A stretch of DNA of 64,000 bases from an uncultured bacterium (lineage in GTDB: Bacteria > Oederibacteriota > Oederibacteriia > Oederibacteriales > Oederibacteriaceae), in contig OZ218778.1 of the NCBI GenBank assembly GCA_965112635.1, positions 32,001-96,000 on the forward strand. Direction: 5' to 3'. This document shows, one piece after another, positions 57,626 to 64,000 of the stretch. Positions within the stretch are counted from its first letter, which is position 1. Each line of letters starts with the position of its first letter. The notes below the pieces were generated by a model. The model was not told where the DNA came from. It did no database searches and saw only the letters and a program-made list of their open reading frames with translations. The translations under genes were made by a program, and so were the position numbers.

Positions 57626-59404
57626 TCAAGGCAACGCGATGCTGCAGACCCCGCTGTTCGTAGCGCACCAAAGAGCGTCATGAGAGTAAACGATCTTGCG
57701 TATCTCGCTGGAGGCGGCTCCCGAGGTCCCTTCGAGCGCCACGATCTTTTTCCCCTGCATCCTCGCCAAGCCCTCCGCCGTACCGAACCAAATTCCCTTA
57801 TCACTAACACAAATCGCCTTAACAACGTTGGAGGGAAGCCCGTCGTCCATGGTATAGGAGCGCCATTGACCGCTGTTAGACAGGACAGACACGCCTCCTG
57901 CTGTGCCGAACCACTTATTATTATCGCTATCCACGGCCACGGCGTAAACCACATCATTGGCCAACCCGTCTTTTTTGGCATAGTGGAGCCAATGGGAACC
58001 CGCAAAAACTCTCACCCCGTCCTCTGTGGCTAGCCAGGCCTGTTTTTTGTGGTCAAAAGCGATGTCGTGGACATAAACCAAGCCCTCATCTTTGCCGTAA
58101 TTGGTAAAATCCTGGCCGTCAAAAACAGAAATGCCGCCGCCCAGGGTCCCTATCCACAACTTGCCCTCGGGACCTTTCGCCAGCGCTGATACATAATTGT
58201 GGGCCAACCCCCTTTTGGTGGTGAATTTAGCCCATTTCTTCCCGTCAAACGAGGACAAGCCTCCGCCCGCTGTCCCGACCCAGATCTTCCCGTTTTCCAG
58301 GAGCAGGCTGACCGCCACATTGTTGACCAACCCGTCAGCGGTCGTATAAATCTTCCATTTCTTCCCGTCAAAACAATCCAGGCCGCGGTCCGTCCCGAAC
58401 CACTGATTGCCTTTGCTGTCAAAACCCACGGCAAAGATTCCGTTGCTGGCTATCTCGTTCTGGGCCACGAAGTTGTTCCATTTCTTACCGTCAAAACTGG
58501 CCAGCCCTCCGCCGGTCGCGAACCATAGCTTGCCGGAGGCCTCGGGAACCATGGCGTAAACATAATTGTTGGTGAGTCCTTCCGCGGGGGTATAAGTCTT
58601 CCATTTGCCTTCCCTGAGCACCGAGACCCCGTCCCCGTTGGCGCCCACCCAGATCTCCTCGTTGCGCTGGGTGATGCTGCGGACATAATCGCCGGCCAAG
58701 CCGTCCTTGGTTGTAAAGAACTGCCATTTGGAACCGTCAAAAATGCCTACCCCGCCGCCATTGGTCCCTGCCCACACGCCGCCCTTCTTATCGATAAAGA
58801 CCGCATAGATTGTATTGTTGGCCAGGCCCTCAGCGGTGGTCCAACGCGTCCATTTCTCGCCGTCCCAACGGGCCAACCCCTCTGCGGTCCCAGCCCAGAT
58901 GTCCGAACCGTTGCCCCGGACCAAGGAATAAACCGAAGTCGCCCTTAAACCGTTGGTCACATCATACTTGGTCCATTTGCTTCCATCCCAGACGGCTATC
59001 CCGTTATTGGTGCCAAACCATAACCTGCCTTTCTGGTCTACGACGCTGGAAAGCACGGAAGGGTCGGGCAGCTCTTTTTTCCAAGAATTCCAAGTATCGC
59101 CGTTATAAACAGAGATGCCCGCTGCGGTGCCGAACCAATGATGGCCCTTTTTATCGACAAGGACAGTCCTGACGTCGTTGTGGACCAGTCCTGAAGCGAT
59201 TGTAAAAAAATCTTCCCTATGTCCTGTGATCGTGGATACGACCTTGACCCCGCCTTTTGTACCCAGCCAGAGGTTGTCTTGATCTAAAACCAAGGCCTGC
59301 ACTTGGTCGGTATTTGTATAAACATGCACTTGGGCCAGGCCAACAGATACCCCAATGATCGATAAAACAGCAGAGGTAATTAATTTAACGACAATATTCT
59401 TCAT
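57626..59404 (-). CDS. Exported beta-propeller protein of Reg_prop repeats (paralog of 53189-55030)
   Basis: Signal peptide ending …SVGLA; same repeat motif and colinear similarity with the 613-aa protein, e.g. shared NxVRTVLVDKxGHxWFGTA. Confidence 0.9.
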   Translation of the reverse strand: MKNIVVKLITSAVLSIIGVSVGLAQVHVYTNTDQVQALVLDQDNLWLGTKGGVKVVSTITGHREDFFTIASGLVHNDVRTVLVDKKGHHWFGTAAGISVYNGDTWNSWKKELPDPSVLSSVVDQKGRLWFGTNNGIAVWDGSKWTKYDVTNGLRATSVYSLVRGNGSDIWAGTAEGLARWDGEKWTRWTTAEGLANNTIYAVFIDKKGGVWAGTNGGGVGIFDGSKWQFFTTKDGLAGDYVRSITQRNEEIWVGANGDGVSVLREGKWKTYTPAEGLTNNYVYAMVPEASGKLWFATGGGLASFDGKKWNNFVAQNEIASNGIFAVGFDSKGNQWFGTDRGLDCFDGKKWKIYTTADGLVNNVAVSLLLENGKIWVGTAGGGLSSFDGKKWAKFTTKRGLAHNYVSALAKGPEGKLWIGTLGGGISVFDGQDFTNYGKDEGLVYVHDIAFDHKKQAWLATEDGVRVFAGSHWLHYAKKDGLANDVVYAVAVDSDNNKWFGTAGGVSVLSNSGQWRSYTMDDGLPSNVVKAICVSDKGIWFGTAEGLARMQGKKIVALEGTSGAASSEIRKIVYSHDALWCATNSGVCSIALP

Positions 59405-59601
59405 TTGGCTTTTCTTTACCTACCTTCTAACTGTATTGATTCCTGATTCTTGTTTGGCTGAAGATAATAAAACCCAGCAAAAACAATATTTTTCAGCCAA
59501 CTTTATGCATATTTAACGAATTTTAGCATAATCCTTTTGCCTTCGCCTCTTTTTAAGCTTTTTTTTCCTTAGAAAATACGGCCCCTTTACATCCCCTTAA
59601 C

Positions 59602-59640
59602 AAAAAAGCACAAACAGGAATTTGACCCTGCTTGTGCTTT
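59602..59640 (-). terminator. Rho-independent terminator after the SDR gene
   Basis: Minus strand reads AAAGCACAAGCAGG-loop-CCTGTTTGTGCTTT, running into a T tract, 30 nt past the stop at 59670. Confidence 0.75.
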
Positions 59641-59669
59641 AACCTGGCCCAAAATGAAAGACTGCTTGA

Positions 59670-60407
59670 CTACAACTTTAACCGTTTAAAAACTGCCTCC
59701 GGCAGGCATTTGATAATGGCCATGATCCAACGCCAGAACCAAGGGACATAAACGACGGATTTGCCTTTTTTCATGGCCTTATAAATAATCTTGCCCACTT
59801 TAGCCGGGTCAGCGAATAAAAGGTTTTTCTTCAGAGAAGCGGTCATGGGCGTGTCCACAAAGCCAGGTTTAATGGTGACTACGGAAACACCCGACCTGAA
59901 AAGCCGGTTCCTTAACCCTTGTAAAAAGACGTTTAATGCCCCTTTGGCTGTGCCATAGACATAATTGCTTTGCCGGCCCCTGTCCCCGGCCACTGAAGAG
60001 ATGACCGCCAAGCAACCGTGTTTTTGCTTCTCCATGTAATTGGCCAATAGGGTCAAAAAAGACACGATGCTGACAAAATTATTCTGCAATTCCGCAGCTG
60101 TTTCTTCTGGGTTTTTTTCACAGGTTTCCTGATCGCTTGGGGTCCCGTAGGCGATAAGCACCGCATCCAGGTTGTCCAGGGCCTTGAGCGCATTTTCAAT
60201 GATAAGGCCATGATGTTTCACCTGGCTCAGGTCTGCCGTGTAGATCTCGGCTTTTTGGGCCCCCCTGACCAGCAGGTCATCAGCCATTGCCTTGACCTTT
60301 TCTCCGGAACGGCCGACCAGGTACAACTCGGCCCCCTCCTTGGCCAGGATCTTGGCCGTCTCATAGGCGATAGCCGAATAAGCACCCAGGATCAAGACCT
60401 TTTTCAT
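59670..60407 (-). CDS. Short-chain dehydrogenase/reductase, DprE2-like
   Basis: MKKVLILGAYSAIA, ISSVAGDRGRQSNYVYGTAKG (YxxxK) and IKPGFVDTPMT. The true start at 60407 overlaps the upstream stop as ATGA. Confidence 0.88.
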   Translation of the reverse strand: MKKVLILGAYSAIAYETAKILAKEGAELYLVGRSGEKVKAMADDLLVRGAQKAEIYTADLSQVKHHGLIIENALKALDNLDAVLIAYGTPSDQETCEKNPEETAAELQNNFVSIVSFLTLLANYMEKQKHGCLAVISSVAGDRGRQSNYVYGTAKGALNVFLQGLRNRLFRSGVSVVTIKPGFVDTPMTASLKKNLLFADPAKVGKIIYKAMKKGKSVVYVPWFWRWIMAIIKCLPEAVFKRLKL

Positions 60408-61732
60408 CGCTGGAAAGCTCCTGTCACCCTCCTCCAGAAACTCGAGGAAAATTTTGGGTCGATATATTTGGAGAACTTTTCCCACTGGGGATAATAATTT
60501 TGGAAACTGCTGGCCGACATCCTGGCGTCCTTGGCCGGGTAGACCCTGCCCCCGCATCCCTGCACGACTCTGTCCAGCTCATCCAGCAGGATCAGGGTCT
60601 TCTCGCCCTTGTAGGGGAAATCCATGGCCAGGGTCGACCCCGGCATAGGGAAGGACATCATGCCCGGAGAGGCGACTTCCCCGAATTTCTTGAGCACTAC
60701 CAGGAATGAACCCGCGCCGGCCAGGCTCACCCTCCCCAGAAGTTCTTTGATCACTTCATGTTCCTGGGCCGGAGGGACCGCACACTGGTACTGCAAAAAT
60801 CCTCTTTTGCCGTACATGCGGTTCCAGGACTCCAGAAAATCCAAAGGGTAAAAGAAAGGGTCATAAGAAACAAGTTTACGGGTGTGTTTGGCTGCCTGCG
60901 AATGGTAATAAGTCGAATTGAACGCGCGCATGGAAAGACTGTTCAGGAGGATGGAGGGCATATCCAACGGGACAAAGGGTTTAAAACCCTCGGTTTTATA
61001 CCGGAATTTCCTGGTGATCTCCGGCCCCGCATGGTTGCCCCGGTAAAAATGGCCCCTGCCGATCTTTTTGCCCTTGGCCAGGCAGTCGATCCAGGCGACC
61101 GTGTATTCGAATTTCTTGTCCGAATCCGCGGCGACCTCAAAAAATTCTTTAAGGTCGGTCAGTTTGATGCTTTCTTTATCTATATAAGGGTTGGCGATCT
61201 TTTTCAGGAGGAACTCGGCCCACAAAATGATACCGGTCAAACCCATCCCGCCTATGGTGGCGCTGAAAAATTCCTTATTGTGTTCCGGGGAGCAGAGCAG
61301 CCGCTCACCGTTGGATCGTAAAAGCTCAAAACAGGTCACATGGCAGCCGAAGTTCCCGGACCGGTGGTGATTCTTGCCGTGCACATCATTGGCGATGGCG
61401 CCGGCCACGGTCACGAACTTTGTGCCTGGCGTGACCGGTAAAAACCAGCCCCGCGGTACGATCAATTTCAGGATGTCCGCCAGGCTGACCCCGGCCTCGC
61501 AGCGAAGGATCCCCCTTTGGTCATCGAACGAGATGTAGCGGCCCAGATAACTGGTATCGATCAATATGCCTTTGTCATTGAGGCAGCTGTCCCCATAACT
61601 CCGGCCCAGGCCGTAACAAAGCATGGGTTGGGTATAGGCGTCAAAATCAGGTTTATCGGAGCGCCAGCGCAAAGGGAGGACCTGGTTGGCCGTCAAAACC
61701 GGATATCTCCCCCAGGACTGATAGCTTTTCAT
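60404..61732 (-). CDS. FAD-linked oxidoreductase, DprE1-like (polyprenylphosphoryl-ribose 2'-oxidase family)
   Basis: GLGRSYGD, LPVTPGTKFVTVAGAIANDVHGKNHH, YGKRGFLQYQ, SFLVVLKKFG, LAMDFP and GGRVYPAKD are hallmark DprE1-family motifs. Confidence 0.9.
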   Translation of the reverse strand: MKSYQSWGRYPVLTANQVLPLRWRSDKPDFDAYTQPMLCYGLGRSYGDSCLNDKGILIDTSYLGRYISFDDQRGILRCEAGVSLADILKLIVPRGWFLPVTPGTKFVTVAGAIANDVHGKNHHRSGNFGCHVTCFELLRSNGERLLCSPEHNKEFFSATIGGMGLTGIILWAEFLLKKIANPYIDKESIKLTDLKEFFEVAADSDKKFEYTVAWIDCLAKGKKIGRGHFYRGNHAGPEITRKFRYKTEGFKPFVPLDMPSILLNSLSMRAFNSTYYHSQAAKHTRKLVSYDPFFYPLDFLESWNRMYGKRGFLQYQCAVPPAQEHEVIKELLGRVSLAGAGSFLVVLKKFGEVASPGMMSFPMPGSTLAMDFPYKGEKTLILLDELDRVVQGCGGRVYPAKDARMSASSFQNYYPQWEKFSKYIDPKFSSSFWRRVTGAFQR

Positions 61733-61947
61733 GGATGGAAAACCTTTCCTTTACCAAAACTTGGCTGCACGAACTGGTCAATAGCAAGAACTTTCAGGAT
61801 TGAGGTTAAAATATCCTTTAAATATAAGCATGGCAACCAATACACTTCTCTTCGTAAACCAAAGGCTATCGCACCCTCAATGGGGTAGAAACTGATTAAT
61901 TGATCGTTCACCCTGGAATTTTCACTAAAATTCTCCAAAAGGGCCAT
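61729..61947 (-). CDS. Possible small hypothetical protein or gene remnant
   Basis: 72-aa ORF whose stop overlaps the DprE1-like start (ATGA); no recognisable motif. Confidence 0.25.
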   Translation of the reverse strand: MALLENFSENSRVNDQLISFYPIEGAIAFGLRREVYWLPCLYLKDILTSILKVLAIDQFVQPSFGKGKVFHP

Positions 61948-62046
61948 TATTGGCTCTTTAAAAGATAGAGGTAGGCATTTCTTCGTCTGAATACATCCCT
62001 TTATTTATTTACAATCTAAAACTCTTTGGTTGCTATATTTAAAAAA

Positions 62047-62394
62047 TCATTTTTCTTTATCAAAAACCTTTAAGATTGTGGGTTTTAAAATTAACATATC
62101 TTCCTTCACGGATTTCCATACCACAGTCACGTTCATCCCAAAATAATGATGTATCAACTTATCCCTGAATCCTGCCATCTCCCGCCACGGCACCTCTGGA
62201 TACTTATTTTTAACTGTTTTGGGTATATTTTTAGAAGCTTCTCCAATCACTTCTAAGGCTCGAATCACAGCGTGGATTGTTTTTTCGTCTTTTTTAAACT
62301 GTGTTAAATCTATCCCTTTGACAAACTGCTCAATCCTTTCGATTTCTGTCAATATATCCTGCAATGAATCAATAAAAGACCTTTTGGATTTCAT
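62047..62394 (-). CDS. HepT-like (DUF86) HEPN ribonuclease toxin
   Basis: AVIRALEVIGEASK…PEVPWREMAGFRDKLIHHY contains the RX4H HEPN motif; ATGA-coupled to the upstream MNT gene. Confidence 0.92.
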   Translation of the reverse strand: MKSKRSFIDSLQDILTEIERIEQFVKGIDLTQFKKDEKTIHAVIRALEVIGEASKNIPKTVKNKYPEVPWREMAGFRDKLIHHYFGMNVTVVWKSVKEDMLILKPTILKVFDKEK

Positions 62395-62711
62395 ACTGCA
62401 ATAACCTCATGCAAAATATTCTCACCGATATTAGGTTTTAATCCACTTTTCATCACCAAATCTACCTTTACCCCTAAAATGTCACTCAGATAATTTTCTA
62501 ACCCAACAAATTTGATTAGGCTGGGTGCCACATTAAACTCTATAAGGAGATCAAGATCACTTTGCCTATTTTCCTCATGACGCACATAAGATCCAAAAAC
62601 CCCAAGAGACTTTACCCCATAATGCTTTTCAAGCTGAGGCTTAACTCGTTTAAGATCAAGCTTAATATCACTCAAAGATTTTCCTTGTTCATTAACTCTT
62701 TTTCTTATCAC
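62391..62711 (-). CDS. Minimal nucleotidyltransferase (MntA-like) antitoxin
   Basis: GVFGSYVR.E....SDLDLL…LGVKVDLV carries the GS-x10-DxD motif; canonical MNT-HEPN gene order. Confidence 0.92.
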   Translation of the reverse strand: MIRKRVNEQGKSLSDIKLDLKRVKPQLEKHYGVKSLGVFGSYVRHEENRQSDLDLLIEFNVAPSLIKFVGLENYLSDILGVKVDLVMKSGLKPNIGENILHEVIAV

Positions 62712-62812
62712 AGCGATTTCTCTCCTAACAGAGTTGTTGTTGCGTTATCAAGGGAGCAGTATATCCTTACGGGTTATTTCATCTTCAGCCATAACCTGCT
62801 CATAGAAACAAT

Positions 62813-62839
62813 AAAAAAACGCCCTTTCGAAAAAGAGCC
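62813..62839 (-). terminator. Rho-independent terminator
   Basis: Minus strand reads GCTCTTT-TTCG-AAAGGGC followed by GTTTTTTT, 30 nt after the stop at 62869. Confidence 0.7.
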
Positions 62840-62868
62840 TTTGATGACAACAAAGCTTTTGTCTGGGT

Positions 62869-63126
62869 TTATTTTGCCGCCCTTAATAGCTTCTTGTCAT
62901 TCCAAAGCTTTTTACGGTCAGCCGTTAGCGTGGTCATATCTTGGGCTTTCAATGCTTTGTTGCCGCTCTTGGTATCCGCTTTCAGCTTGGCTAGGTCGGC
63001 TTTGACAGTTGCCCTGTCCTGAACAATGGTCTGCTTAATCTGGTCTTTAGTAGTCTGTGTAAAGCCAAGAGTAAGCCCCCCCAATAAAAGGGATACCCCG
63101 ACTAAACCAGCCTTAATCTTTTTCAT
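62869..63126 (-). CDS. Small exported Lys-rich helical hypothetical protein
   Basis: RBS AGGGGG; signal-peptide-like MKKIKAGLVGVSLLLGGLTLG; followed by a terminator. Confidence 0.75.
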   Translation of the reverse strand: MKKIKAGLVGVSLLLGGLTLGFTQTTKDQIKQTIVQDRATVKADLAKLKADTKSGNKALKAQDMTTLTADRKKLWNDKKLLRAAK

Positions 63127-63179
63127 TTTTTACACCCCCTGACCTGTTTTTGAAATTTTCCACTGAGCGTACTTGAAGC

Positions 63180-64000
63180 TCAGCGGGTGATGGCGATTTT
63201 ACCGGCCTTCCTCACATGGCTGGAACCACGAACAACCTCAACGCTATAGAAATAAAGCCCGTTACTCAACCCAAATCCATTGGCATCTTTAACGTCCCAC
63301 ATAATGGAGTTGGTTCCATAGGCCTTAGGACAATTTCCAATAACTTTAATCAGCCTGGCGGATATTGTATATATCCTAATAGTAACACTATCTACATCCG
63401 AAGTAGGAAGGAAATAGCTCAGGCTGATCACATCTCCCTTTGTCAAAGGATTCGGATATGGAATCACATTCTGCACGCCTAAAGCGCTAATGACAGGGGT
63501 TGGAGTCATCGTAATGGTATTCGTATAGGTCAGGCTCACCGACGCAGTTAACCACTCAGAATAGCTCCATGTAGCCGTAACCGTTGGCGTAGACATAGCT
63601 GTGGCCGTATTCTCCACATGATAGACTCCCAGGCTCAACTCTGACACCCCACCGTTACCTCCCCCTCTCACGAACCCAGGGGTAAAGCCTGACGCCTGAG
63701 TATAGGTAACTGTAGCAGTGGATGTTTTGCTTGCCGTGGCCGTCGCCGTTTGGGTTTTGGACGGTGTAAGCGTAATCGTATAAGTTGAGGTGGTGGTATT
63801 GGCGCAAGTACAGGAGGCGGCAGTGCTAATTCTGAAATCAGCTATCGGAGCCAGGCAGGAATAATAGCCGGGGTACCCGCCATCTCCTGCGGTCGCTCCC
63901 AAGTTAAACATGGAGCTACTGCCCCAGCTGTTTGTGGCCGCAGTATAACTACTGGTTTGAACCAGAACATCATTAATGTATAGATAGGTATGCGTTCCAT
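63180..64000 (-). CDS. 3' part of a secreted protein: LamG-like domain end, Thr-rich linker, FlgD-Ig/T9SS type-A-like C-terminal domain
   Basis: The frame is open to the window end (GTHTYLYINDVLV…FNLGA…IADFRIS). It contains T-x-T repeats and a C-terminus with PYPNP…VTIRIYTISARLIK…WDVKDANG..LSNGLYFY…GKIAITR. Confidence 0.85.
   Translation of the reverse strand, partial: GTHTYLYINDVLVQTSSYTAATNSWGSSSMFNLGATAGDGGYPGYYSCLAPIADFRISTAASCTCANTTTSTYTITLTPSKTQTATATASKTSTATVTYTQASGFTPGFVRGGGNGGVSELSLGVYHVENTATAMSTPTVTATWSYSEWLTASVSLTYTNTITMTPTPVISALGVQNVIPYPNPLTKGDVISLSYFLPTSDVDSVTIRIYTISARLIKVIGNCPKAYGTNSIMWDVKDANGFGLSNGLYFYSVEVVRGSSHVRKAGKIAITR

Noticed and set aside
60408-60557. N-terminal extension of the SDR ORF in the track
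   Set aside because: It overlaps the DprE1-like gene. The Rossmann motif starts at ATG 60407, which is coupled to the upstream stop.
48846-61888. Long plus-strand ORFs such as 50487-51554 and 53135-54574
   Set aside because: They lie antisense to well-supported minus-strand genes and have no motifs of their own.

Overview
Almost all real coding is on the minus strand. About 75% of the window (48156 down past position 1) is one giant exported Ig-repeat surface protein gene of at least about 16,050 codons, with its C-terminus outside the window. It is split by two single-base insertions with identical context (ACAGGT on the coding strand, at 31483 and 22395). Its last roughly 7,460 codons are missing from the ORF track because that frame has no stop inside the window. 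Upstream are a consensus sigma-54 promoter, two tandem palindromic enhancer-like sites and an NtrC-type activator gene. Next comes an unusual histidine kinase whose extracytoplasmic TolB-like propeller carries five dockerin/EF-hand-type Ca-binding loops. Before that is a block of four exported repeat proteins (Reg_prop propeller, HEAT, HEAT, Reg_prop propeller). Further upstream lie a DprE1/DprE2-like pair, an MNT-HEPN toxin-antitoxin pair, a small exported protein, and the 3' end of a LamG-like protein with a T9SS/FlgD-type C-terminal domain. The kinase and activator each also carry a +1 frameshift, so sequencing or consensus error is a serious explanation for all four breaks. No rRNA, tRNA, CRISPR array or transposase was recognised. 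Domain calls come from reading motifs by eye, not from database searches.
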